A DNA stretch of 64,000 nt from Balanoglossus misakiensis. Lineage: Eukaryota; Animalia; Hemichordata. Below, piece after piece: positions 21,663 to 34,253 of the stretch. The stretch's first letter is position 1. Every line of letters starts with the position of its first letter. The DNA lies in the NCBI GenBank assembly GCA_040954595.2, contig CM082578.2, forward strand, positions 12,338,520 to 12,402,519, written 5' to 3'. The position numbers were made by a program, and so were the translations under genes. The notes beneath the pieces were generated by a model. That model saw only the letters and a list, made by a program, of their open reading frames with translations. It made no database searches and was not told where the DNA came from.

Positions 21663-24214
21663 ATGGCTGACAGCGGGAGAGATTCTGAACGGGAAGGTAA
21701 GCATGTAAAAGTCAATATTTTAAATCGCTGTGACTGAGGGCATTTAACGAAAATAGCCTGCTGTTGTCAGTGGTGGCACTTTTCATCGAAGTCGCTAAAA
21801 TAATAAAAAGTGTCGCTAAATAATCAATATTAAAAAGTGTCGCCATACAAAGGTTGTTCGCAACGTACAATACATTGTTCAGCAATCGATGGATGGAGAG
21901 AAATCGGTCTCTTGAAAACTCAGACCGACAAGGAATTCTGTGTTATGAGGGAGTAAATAAATACTGCAGACCAATGGTATTTTCCATTCTGTTATTATGT
22001 GTGGGTACTTTTTGAAACGGCAACGCGACGCTGTCAATGTCATGATGTCACAGCGAATGTGTGGCTGCTGAACCGTAGCTCGACTTCATTGTGTTGCCTA
22101 GCTAGTATCCACTCACAATACCAGGTAAAACCCTCGAGCCACGGTTCTGCAGCTACAGTTGTGTGTACTGTTGATGTAACCAATGTAGGTCTATACTATA
22201 GCCTTACCACACCCCAATTGATTACAAGCAGTCAGGGGAGTGGTATGGCATAGACCACTTCGATCTCGGATAGGGTAGCTGCAATGCAGTAATTTTGAAG
22301 ACGTGACATATTTTTTTCTTGAATTGAATCTTTCAATATTTATATTTGGTTTGTCCTTCATAAAGTAACTGCTGCTGCTGCCGAAACAGAATATGAAGTG
22401 GAAGATATTGTGGATTATGTTAAAGAAAAGGTGGGTGCCAGTTAACACCTCTTGATCAGTGAAAATTTTGTAATTTAATCATTGCACATTTGTAACCAAT
22501 CATAATTTTCCATTTTTCCCTTGTAATATATGCTAGAGCCAAGCCAATCTATTTTTGTACATGACGCCTCCGAAAATTATTATTATCAATTCACCAGGGC
22601 AAAGAATGGTACTTTGTGAAATGGAAAGGGTATCCGTCGGAAGAGAACACATGGGAGCCCAAAGCCAACCTCATCAAATGCCATGCCTTGGTTAAAAAGT
22701 TCCAAAGAAGACAGAAAAAGGAAAAGTCGCAAGCCAAATCTGTGAAGAAGCGGCAGGTGTCGGACGACGGTCCAGATGGAAGCTCGAAAAAGCGTCCGAA
22801 AATCAGCGAGATCGAAGGCATAGATGACGACGACGATTGCTTTGTCGGACAGAGCCCGGAGATCAGGCGACAATTGAAAGCCTGGGCGGCGGATATCAAG
22901 GCCAGATGTAACGATCCGGCGTCTGTCAGTGTCGAGAACAAAGTGGACTCGGAAGGCCCGCCAACTAACTTTACATACATCAACGAGTATAAAGCGGGAG
23001 AGGGAGTCGCCATTCCCGATGACCCCCTCATAGGCTGCGAGTGCAAAAACTGCTACGAGAACTCTAACTCATGCTGTCCCAATTTGCCGGGTGCCAAGTT
23101 CGCCTACAACAAGCAGCGGCGGATCAGGGTGAAGCCGGGCAAGCCGGTCTTCGAGTGCAACAAAAGGTGCAAGTGCGGCCCCAAGTGTCCCAACAGAGTG
23201 GTCCAGCTGGGCAGGAAGTTCAAAGTCAGCATATTCAGAACGTCGGATGGACGCGGCTGGGGTGTGAAAACCCTGGAAGATATCAGGAAAAATTCTTTTG
23301 TGATGGAGTATGTTGGAGAGGTATGTATCATGAGGCATCAGCAGTTGCAGCAGTCAGAATCCAGCTGAAGTTGTCTGCTATTTTATCTTTTGTTGATTTG
23401 ACTGTATGTACATGTATTTGTTAATAATGTTAAACACTTTGTGCAGGTAATAACCAATGAAGAAGCAGAGAGACGGGGCAGAATATATGACGGCAATGGA
23501 AGAACCTACCTCTTCGATTTAGATTATGATAGCAGTCAGGACTGTGCCTTCGTTGTGGATGCTGGTTTCTATGGAAACGTGTCTCACTTTGTCAATCATT
23601 CTGTGAGTAGTATATGCAGCCAACCTTTTTGACAGGTCTTTAGTTATAATGAGTAACTAAGCTGCAGGCGAGTCACATTGACAAACTCATAATCTTTCAG
23701 AATACATTTGTTGGTCCAGTGGAGACTACATTAACCATTTACATAAACTTCTTATTATTTTAGTGCGATCCAAACATGGTAGTGTACGGAGTGTGGGTCA
23801 ACCAGGTAGATCCCCGAATGCCAAGGATAGCACTGTTTTCCTGCCAGGACATCAAAGCTGGTGAAGAACTGACATTCGACTACCAGATGACAGGTACGCA
23901 ATGCAACAGCCAGTTGAAGGCTGAATCATTTCATAACATCGTGTCATCTTTGAGCGCCATGTTCTGACAAACTTCACTTGTGTTGAGATTCGGTCGGTTG
24001 TATCTGTACTTTTTGTTAGGTCTGGCTAATGATTATCTTGTGCTGTTTGTCACACGTTTTTTTTTCTCTCTCTCTCTCTTTCTTTCATTGTGCAGGGGCA
24101 TCCAGAGAAGATGCAGACACAAGCAATTCCGAAGTGTTTGATAGCAAATGTGCACTCCCTAATAGTTTTCCTTGTAAGTGTGGGTCAGAAAACTGTCGGA
24201 AGTTCCTCTTTTGA
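21663..24214 (+). CDS. SUV39H2: Histone H3K9 methyltransferase SUV39H (chromo, pre-SET, SET, post-SET), ~408 aa
   Basis: Exons 21663-21696, 22366-22430, 22598-23320, 23447-23602, 23764-23893, 24096-24214, all GT-AG and in frame (1227 nt). Motifs [55 protein letters not shown]. Probably a pro-ortholog of SUV39H1/2. The exon 1 assignment is less certain. Confidence 0.95.
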
Positions 24215-26965
24215 AAACAAGACACCGGTTGAGTTGTGAATATGCGGAGAGACAGAGACTTGTGTATCATTCAAGAGATTGGTGTGTGCGGTAGATATGC
24301 TAATTCCAAAGTACAAGAACCAGTTCTGGTGTGCAGTGCATTTGATCAGTGCAAGGGACTGTCTGTGCATTGCCAATCATGCTACTCGGTGAAAATAACT
24401 TTATTCTTCCCATCAAAGCTAACAAAGTTGGGCTTACTCTGTGATGTGCGCTCAAGCTTTTTAGTGAAAAAACAGATTCTGAAAACTGCAACGCAGATAA
24501 AAATTAGGCGTCACTTGTGAGTTATGCCTGGGCTTGACCTGACATCCCCGAGTACAATTGTCGTGGAACAATCATGCTGGTTCTGACATTTAGTTTTAAA
24601 GATGAATTCTAATGGTTTAGGCTAAATGACTAATGACCAATGTGTGTGTCGCCACCATTGGGAAGCTGCTAAATTTGATCTACCGTTTTGCTTGAAAATT
24701 GCATGTCACAGTTGTTACTGAATTTCTTGATGCTACCAGTCTGAAATGTTTCTCAAGTAGAATAGCCGAAGAGAGGAGATTATATTTTATAAGAATTCTG
24801 TGTTATTGATAGCATGTTGTTTAGTAGTTGCCTAGTGTGTTTTCGTCCAGTTAGAGTTCTAAATGTATGTCTGAATTGAAGCACTTGTCGAATTTCCATC
24901 ATGTGAAGATTTTGGTTGATAATTCCCTTACTGATTATGTCTGAAGGAAATGATCCCATTGTTTTGTTTTTTTAATTAACGTGGCATCTATTTTTGTGTA
25001 AATGATGGATCTTTGAACGTAGACTACATTGCATGGATAACTGACATCATTTTTCACAGCTTATTTCCTTTACTTTGTTCCCTCCCCATTTTCAACCCTT
25101 TAGCTGCATATCAAAATTGCCTCATTTGTAAGTTTCCTTGCCAATAACCTAGGGAGTCTTCTACCCCTGACACAAACACCATGTTGAGGGTATAGATGCA
25201 TTCAGGGTGTAATTGATCATAGAGTTGTATTTTTGGGTTAGTAGGAAATTTTCTCAGGAATTGTTTAATCTCAATATGTATTTTTTTGTCCTTGATGTTG
25301 TGACATTAAGTTTCCAATGTCTTTATTCTAATATGAAAATACAGCGTAAACCAATACTTTAAAAATGTTTAACAAGAGAGAAAAAATCGGATGGTGCCAG
25401 GTGGGGGCTCTTGTGCATTGTGATGTAGCATGTTGGCATAGAGGGCGCAATACAGCGGAATTCATGCAATAATTTACCTGTGTGTGCAAACACCATTTCA
25501 ATCAACTTACCTAGAGGTTGCACTCCAGAAATCAGATGAAGTTGCTCTTGCCAATTGATAGCAATGGCTAGTGTTATAATGTTTTTGTATCATGTTGGAA
25601 GTTTGCTAATGTTGACTTACAAGTATGTATTGCAGTTAGGTTAGATTAGCTGACCTGATAATATCGGTTGTTTGAAAAAAATAAAAATAAAGTTGAAGTC
25701 CAAGATCGTGAATATTGGTAAGCCCATTGACAATTTGCCCTTCAGGGAAATAAATACCTTGTTGGTCCTTTTTGTACTCAATGAATGCATAGCTATTATA
25801 TGACTTTTGATTCAATTTAAAAATCACAGAAATTTCTGTCATGTTGTACCTATAATATGACACAACTTTTGCCACCATAGGTGTGTTGGTGAATCCATCA
25901 CAAATTTTCAAAATGTGTATTAGCCAGTTCACCAAATTCAAATGACACCACATGACCCAAGACATACAAAATTGCCAAAATCAGTGATTTTTATAAGAAA
26001 AATTTATATCTTTATTTTAGCTAGTTAATGTAAATAGTCGACAGAATTAATTTTTAATTGGATCCAAATGAATATTTTACTTTTAAGAGACATGTTGCGG
26101 ATAGATGCACTCAGTCCAAATAAAATCCTAGCATCTTCCCACATGCCAGGATTTAAATGTTGAGTGGCTCAAAAATTATTTCTTCCATTGTCACTTTTTT
26201 CCCTGTTACTGTAGACTTTTTCTGCCTTTTTGATGACAAACGCAATTTAGTTGAGGCTGCTTGTTTATTCAATTTTTAACAATAATGTTGATTATGCGCA
26301 CATGGGCTGTACTTTAAGGAGACAAATACCAGTTCTTTCAGCTTTAGGGAGCTAAACAAGAAACAATTGTTGAAAACAAAAATTCTGGAAAAAATAGAAG
26401 TTATTGATAGTGGACATTTAGAGTGATTTCATGCATCTTTTTTCACTTTAAGATTTAAAAATGTTGACATTTGATGTTGCTAATGAAAACCAAGTTTTTG
26501 GATAGCTGTACCAGTTACCACGGGTTTGAGTGTTGTTCTGAACTTTTTTGTATTTTCTGTTGTCCAGTGTATATTCAGTTGTAATAAATAGACAATGTTT
26601 ATAGATGTCTGTGTTCACCCACGGGTCTTTTCTCACCATTGGTTACAACTGCAGTATTCATCCGCCTGTTGAGTTGGGTTGACCAATCGGAGGCAACCAA
26701 GTCTGACTGCCTTGCATCAGCCTCAAACCTTTCTCACACAATCAAAATAAAAAACACACACTATAGCATGATCACCTTGTTTTATTATTTCACTTTCTTG
26801 GAAAATAAAATATCTCAGACAGTTAACTGTCAGAATGTCACTGCACACTGCATTTTATGAGTTGGAAAAAAAAGTTCTCAGGAGTAATCACTGTAGTAAC
26901 AAAACGCTGTGGTTTTCGACCGACTGCTGACAGATGACATAGACACTGCACTAGGGGAGTGTGTC

Positions 26966-29900
26966 TCACGCAGACACGTCGATTGTGACATCACCGGATA
27001 TTCCTGACATCTTTTCCGTACAGGTAACGTGTAAACAGCCTTCCCTGAAACAAACCAGAAGAACAGACATATTGCAGTAGAAAATCATCATGTAGAGATA
27101 GGCTTTAGTTGAAATTACTCCTGTAAGATTGATTGCATAACCAAAGGAAATACTTAGGGCCATGTGAGGTGCATAGAATGTGCTGATGTAATGTACCTTT
27201 TGTAGTGTAATACTGTTGTTATGGACCGTGTTTCCTCTTGGTTACTTGGCAAGTTCCTCAACACCACCTGGAAATGCAAAACAAGTTTGGTTAGATTCTT
27301 GTTGTTTTAAATGCCACATTTTACTGGTGCCAGAAGAGAAAAGTCAACATAAGGTCACCAGTGTCAGAGTGCAAAGGGTCGACATGTTTTCTTAGATCAA
27401 CACTGTCTTAGATTTAGAGGTCAATTTATAGTTGTAGCTGTGTATTTTGACATACTTTGCCCAGAAGCGTGGCATCTTCCAGACCGCTGTCGCTCTCCCC
27501 TTCATAAACACACACGCACACTGAAGTCTGGTTTGCGCCCAGCTGCAAGGGGTGCTGGCGTCTCACAGGGATTGGTGTGTGTTTTCCTATCCCGGTCTGC
27601 AGGCTTGCATTCCCACTGTCATCCAAGACCTTGAGAAGGATGGCTTTCGGACACAATTCAACTTGTCCACTCTCTTCAACATCCAAGTGATCGGTGCTTG
27701 TCAACAGGTCTGCCTGAAATGAAAGACAGCTAAATCTAAGCTGCGCATACAATTACAGGACGAAGCCATGGACAACACGCTACCAACAACTGGTCGAATC
27801 AAACTGACATCAATGAGATACATGTATGCATAGATACCCTGGCTACACAGGCACGTTGTACACGAATACAGGATACCTATAAGAGCATACCTGAATAGCT
27901 GCCCCCAGGGCGACCACCTCATCCGGCGACACAGTATCCAGCATCTCCACTTGTGGGAAAAAGTCCGTCAGCAGCTTCTTCAGCTTGGGTATCTTGGTTG
28001 AACCGCCGGTAATTATGAGCTGAAAATTGACACGAGCAAAACTTTAACATACCCATATGGCCAGCGATATGGCTGGTTTTTATCCAGTGTGGGAAATCTA
28101 GTTTATTTGCTTTGCGTGCTCGTCTTTCTCACTGCCAGGTAGTTAGTTCCTCTACAATAACACATCAATTCGTTTGTGACCCATTTAACAGTTCGTGTAA
28201 TACCTTGTCTATGCTGTCTCTCTTCAGTCCCGCATCCTCCAGCACTTTCTCCAACGGTTGCAGGCAATTCTGTAGTGTGGGAATGATTAGGGCCTCTAAC
28301 CTGGCTCTGGTGGGTTGACAATATAATACATGATTGAGTGAGTATGCATGGAGAAAAACTTGGGATAAAAACTGAGAGATCTTCAGTGGATAATCACTGG
28401 AATAACATACAAAAGCTTGTGACCCACCTGGATATAGTAGAGTTGAAATCGATACCCTCGTAGAGGGAGTCAACAGACACCCTGGAACTTGACATTGTTG
28501 ACAGCACGTGTTTGCAGATTTCACAGGCACTGCGCAGTTTAGCCAGGGCTCTCTTGTTGCCACGGATATCACTCTTCCATTGTCTGTAACATGTGAGATT
28601 TGCAGTGTGTCAAAGGTATACTTATATACAGCACAATCCAGCATAGTCCACATGCACCCCAAAGCACCCAAGGAATTTCCGGCATATTAAATATACATGT
28701 ATTTTAAATAAAAATAGTAAATTTTGTTGGGAGTAAAATAGTATTTCCCCAAAATTTACTCACTTTAGAAACTCGGCTGCACAATGTTGCACCAAGAGCT
28801 CTGTCAGCTGTTCCCCGCCGTGGGTCGTATCGTGGATGTTAGCAAGTACTCTGTACATGCCACCATTGACGGACAGAACGGTGGCGTCCAGGACAGTGCC
28901 GCCAAGATGATACACCAAAACATTGCTGAAACAAAAGGTGTGAGAATTGATGTATTTAAAGTGAATGTGTGAAAAATACAGGTGCAGTGTGGTTCAAGGC
29001 TTTCGATTACTCACCTGGACTTACTGGGATCATTTTGTCCGATGTTGTAGGCCAGGGCAGCAGCAGCAGGCTCGCTGACTAATTGTAGCACTTTGAATCC
29101 AGCATCTTTGGCAGCTAAACTGTAAGTGTAAGAAACCCACAAAGAGTCACTTGTACATTTAAGATGCTTCTTGTTGTATTAAATATATTGCAATGGTCAA
29201 TAAATTTTGGCTCATTCCTTTTGGCCACTGTTATCGAAACTGGTGTTGAAAACTCAAGTGTCAGTCCACATGATTATTCAAGTCACTAGACAGGCCCACA
29301 CTCACCTGAGCACATTGCATTGTTGTGATGTAAAGTTCAATGGTACCGCAATGACAGCATCCTGTACTTGATTGCCTCCGTGCACATGAAATTGAGCAAT
29401 ATCTACAAGACAATCACATATAAGTAAATCCATCAGTTCCACTGAAAATCATTACTTTCAAAAAACAAACACCTTGTTGTTAATTACAACAGCTGGTGAC
29501 TAAGCATCATATGAGCAATACACTACTCTAGGTTGATTATCGAATGGCTGGCTGCGGGCACAAACAGGAGCGCATGCAGACTTTAGGTTATGTGTTGTCA
29601 TTATGTGGCATGTAAATTCCACTTGTCAAACTGCTATATCATGGTACTTACCCATAAGTTTTTTAAATATAAGAGTCACGATTTGCTGTGGTGTAACCTT
29701 GATTGGCCGCTCTTCAAACTCCACTTCAAATATACACAACTCATTCCTTTCTGAAATTTTATAACTGCTCCGCTGTATAAGATCTTGAATACTCGAGTCA
29801 TCAAACCTGTACACCAATGAAAACAAATTTTAATTTTCTGTAGTACAATCAGATTTCCCAACTACAGGTACTGTTATATGTTTCATGTTTTACAATAACT

Positions 29901-30985
29901 GACAATAGGAGAAAAAACAGGCTTCAAAGATTGTCATCTTCAATTCGGCACAGGTCTTGTCACGGTTGTTGATCATGTGTGAATCTGACTTCAGTGAAAC
30001 TGGCTGCACACTGTGGAAGAGTGACAGTCCTTACCTTTTACCTAGTAAATGTTTAACGTTTCTAACTGTGTTGGCGGCATTACGTATAATACCCTGCTTT
30101 GCTGCAAGACCAACTGTCTGCGAAGAAATTGACAAACAAAACAGTCAACTTGAGATGAACTAAGTGGCTTGAGATGAATGTTCATCGGTTAAGTCATTGG
30201 CGGTCAGACCTGGTCTGAAGACATACTTAAAGTTTGTGAATGGCTTCTAGGACAGTCACCCCCATGATCATTAACTCATCAGAAACCCATCCCAACCCCA
30301 ATGCCCAAACAATGGGTGGGAAATTTCCGGGTGGTATTGTAAAGTGACCGGGTGTAACTGTCCTGTTACCTTATGAATAACACAATAGTGACAACATTTA
30401 GAACTTTTTCTGCAGTACTTTTACTTGTGTTTTTGTTTACAGCTGTGATAGAAAGTCACACCTTTTCCCTGTCTGTAAATGCCACCACTGCTGGAGTAAC
30501 TCGGTCCCCAGAATCATTGGCTACAACGTCAGTTCTGTTTTCCTAGAAGACAATTAGCAAAGAAACAAAATCAAGGACTGGGAAAATTAAGAAATGCGAC
30601 ATGCATGTGCGAATGTAGAGGGCAGTGGTGCACTGGTGTTAGTGGAGGACGGATAACAATATACACCATAGTGTTTATTCTAAAAGCCAATTTCAAGTCC
30701 GACTACATGTACATGTACTACGATAGTACTAGATCCCCATAAGTCAAAATGGTTTAGTCCGGCGTGGTGCAGTGATCAGCGTACACAACGTGACAAGGTT
30801 GTATGCGCGTACTCTTTGAACGCGGTCACCATCAACTTTACGTACAACAGTCGCGCACAATCAATTGTCTTTTAACCGAGGATAACTCGACCCATTTCAT
30901 TTGACAGATATTACTAAGGCGCTACCTTATTCACGGCAACACAGCACGATGTCGATCCGATGTATATTCCAATGGAAGTCGCCAT
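26966..30985 (-). CDS. HSPA14: Heat shock 70 kDa protein 14 (atypical Hsp70 of the ribosome-associated complex), ~512 aa
   Basis: 13 exons: 30926-30985, 30462-30542, 30035-30117, 29652-29806, 29306-29402, 29015-29119, 28764-28925, 28428-28583, 28204-28306, 27891-28019, 27456-27713, 27197-27267, 26966-27044 (1539 nt, in frame). Reads [72 protein letters not shown]. No lid or EEVD. Confidence 0.96.
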
Positions 30986-31603
30986 TTTGATGCCTGAATG
31001 ACAGAAGTACTATGCGGACATCTATTGACCGCATTCGGATATTTGTACGTGAATGTAGATTTTAGTCAGTAAAGCTGTAATTTGCATTATGTTTAATCAT
31101 CTCTAATTAGTTTGTGTACTCTAAATAAAATAGGTTGTCCAGGTGTTCACAAATAGCGGCTTCGTCTTATTCAATCATTTTACATTATGTGAACGAGGCT
31201 ATAGATTCCCGCTTCAGACCTATGTTGCTAAAATTCAATTTACAAGGCTAGAGCTGCTCTTCTTTGTAGGTACATGTCGCGATAAATTTAACTTTCCGAT
31301 TAAGCTCGAAAAATCTACGTTTTCCAATCAGAATTAGTATATTTTACTATTTAACAAATGGAATTAATTTCTTATTACATCTTCTCCCATTGGTCAAATG
31401 CTCTCAAGACCACCCATGACATCACCGATGCACCAATCGGCTATCGCCTATTAAAATATAGTCAGCGAATTGCGCAGGGGTCGCGTTGATACTTCGGGGA
31501 AGTATACAATAATTCTACTTCCGTTGAAAGTGTGTGTACATGTACTACAATATACTACAACTGCACTGCCGCATCCCAGCATCATTGCATCAATCGGTGA
31601 ACA
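30986..31603. promoter_or_regulatory. Bidirectional promoter between HSPA14 and the SET-like gene
   Basis: Divergent ATGs separated by 618 bp. CCAAT/ATTGG boxes at 31324, 31389 and 31433. YY1-like GCCATTTT overlaps the HSPA14 start. Confidence 0.65.
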
Positions 31604-34253
31604 ATGAGTGACGGCGGACCAACACCTGCAAAGAAGCAGAAGACGGAAACGGTCGTCATTTTAAGTTCAGAAGGCGACGATAGCAAAGATTACGACGCCG
31701 AGACGCAGAAGGTGTTGGAAGATATCGACGCTTGTCAAAACGAGATCGACGCTCTCAATGAACAGGCCAGTGAAGAAATCCTCAAAGTGGAGCAAAAGTA
31801 CAATCGCCTGAGAAGGCCGCATTTTGACAGAAGAAATGACCTAATCAAGAAGATTCCGAAATTCTGGGTGTCAGCCGTATCCTTTAAATTATTACTGCAC
31901 TTATTTTTCCCAGGCGAAAACGTACTTTCAATATCTCCAGCCCCAGTACATTGTGTTTAGGTGTACACGTGCGCGCGTACCGCACACAAACATTTGTATT
32001 TGTTTATTATTTTTCTAACAATTCCCTCTATGTGTAGTGTATATTATGTATCTTTGCGAATGCTAAAAGTAATACAATGCCCTCTGATTATTAATTTTCG
32101 CTCATATATTGTTATTGCGTGGTGGTGTTGCAGCTATTGTGTGTCAGTTCGTTTGTTGTTTCGATCATGGACGCTTCAATCAGCTGGCTCATGAATATTA
32201 ATCAGCAGGGAAGCCATTCAATGCTCTGAGCTGCTGGCTTGTCTTATACGTTTAGTTACCATGGAGCTCCGTGCGTTAAAACGTTAAACCCTGGATTAGT
32301 TTAAATTTTCAACAATTGCTTATTTTCTATTTCCAGATTCACCACATGCTTTACAATACCATTTCCCACAACATAAATATGCAAAATTGATAAATTATTT
32401 AATTGTTGTGGTTTGGGGAACAGTAGAAAACCTTGAAAGTTAATACCAAATTACGGTTTTCAGCACTGTTTACTACCAAGTTCTACTAGAAGCAAGGGTC
32501 TGTTCCTACATGTAGTTTTGATTCATTTGTATGCCACTGGTATATTCCTTACATGGTTGGATAGTTTTTGAATCATCCTCAGATATCGGCCATACTGACT
32601 GAGGAAGACGATGAGTGTTTGCAGTACCTTAACAAGTTGGAAGTTGAAGAATTTGAAGACATTAAGTCAGGCTACAGGATCAAATTTCATTTTGACAAAA
32701 ACCCGTTCTTTGATAACAATGTCATACAGAAAGAGTTCCACCTTGCGAGTTCAGGTATGATGCTAAATTTGTAACATATACTAGTATGTGTATTATTGTG
32801 CCACATTTTGTAATGTAGACTATTAAACCTCCCTACATAGCCATTTTTAAAATGAATCTGAGATGAAAACATGAAACTTAATGATGCAGATTTATTTATA
32901 ATTGTTGCCAAACTATTTGACAAAAATGAATAAAAACATGACTGTTATCATACTCGTGTGTATGTAGGTCATGATCTAAATAACAGTCATACATCTTGAA
33001 GTTATATAGGTCATGTGCGGGCTTGTATTTCTGTTGTATGTTGAGTGATCATGCATATTGCATCATGTCAAGCAAACTTCACAACAATGGCAACTTGCTT
33101 TGCAGGGGAACCGGCCAGTCAGTCATCAACCATCCAGTGGAAGTCCGGTATGGACCTCACGGCCAGAAGCATGCTCGACCCAAAAGACAGAAAGAGGGAC
33201 AGGGAAACCAGAAGTTTCTTTTCGTGGTTTAGCGACCACTCAGAACCGTCAGCTGATGATATAGCAGAGGTAGGACTTAAGTTTGATTCATCTGTCGCTT
33301 TTGCTACAGTTTACCATAATATTCTATTTTTTTTATTTCGATCAGTGATTGTTTTTGACATTTTACTGATGAAGGCATCTCCAATTTTCTTTCATGTAGG
33401 TTATTAAAGATGACATGTGGCCAAATCCTTTACAATATTACCTTGTGCCAGATGTTGAGGTTGAAAATGGCTTGGAAGATGAAGATGATGACGACGACGA
33501 TGATGATGATGACGATGATGATGATGATGAAGATGATGAGGAGGAGGAGGATGAAGAGGATAGGTGAGCATTTCTCTAAATTTGCAATTAATTGCACCAT
33601 TGTGATTTTCATACATCCCAAACACTAATCTGTTGGCCAACCGTAGATTAATAGCATCAGCGTGTTATACTGTGCACCATGCTAGTTCCCATGACAACCC
33701 AACTAAAGGAGAACTAAGCAGAATAGTTTCTGTGCCTTGATTACAGTGAGGAGGACGAAGAAGGGGAGGGCGGCGTTGATGATTCCGTGGTAGTCCTCGA
33801 TGAGGAGGATGAAGAAGATGAGGAAGATGACGACGATATCCAGGAGCTTGTGGAGGAAGAGGAAGATGATGGTATGTAATCAGGTGCCTCAGTTTTCAGA
33901 GATTGCCACACATACAAATGCATTGGCTAAAATATTTTCTTGGCGAGTCGATTAAAATATTAACCTCCATTAGCTGTATCATTTTGTGTTTTCCTAGCGG
34001 TATTGACTTTCCTTATCTTGCAGATGAAGCTGAGAATTTAGAAGCGGAGTTCGGTGAGGAAGAAGGTGAAGAAGACATTGATGAGGGTGAGATTTTATCT
34101 GTTACCAGTATGTCTAATTAAGAGAGTTAGGGTTTGCTTTATGCCGCTTGTGACTTGTGTGTACAAGAACTCATCTTGTTTCTAACCATTTTCCTCCCTC
34201 ATCTTTTTCTCTCACCAGAGGATGCTGAAGACGCGGACGAGAAGGCAACCTAG
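31604..34253 (+). CDS. SET: SET/TSPY-family nucleosome assembly protein with long acidic tail, ~337 aa
   Basis: Exons 31604-31876, 32565-32754, 33106-33269, 33400-33563, 33747-33871, 34024-34086, 34219-34253 (1014 nt, in frame). Motifs [30 protein letters not shown]|[41 protein letters not shown] versus TSPYL-lineage orthology is unresolved. Confidence 0.92.
31877..32564 (+). other. U12-type (minor spliceosome) GT-AG intron
   Basis: 5' site GTATCCTTT. Branch-like TTCCTTAC at 32545-32552 ends 12 nt before the intron end, and there is no polypyrimidine tract. Confidence 0.9.
33478..33561 (+). repeat. Coding (GAT/GAC/GAG)n low-complexity repeat encoding a poly-Asp/Glu tract
   Basis: Run gatgaagatgatgacgacgacgatgatgat...gaggaggag inside exon 4 of the SET-like gene. 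Confidence 0.85.

Noticed and set aside
30755-30810. tRNA-like A-box (tggtgcagtg) in HSPA14 intron 1
   Set aside because: No B-box or cloverleaf.
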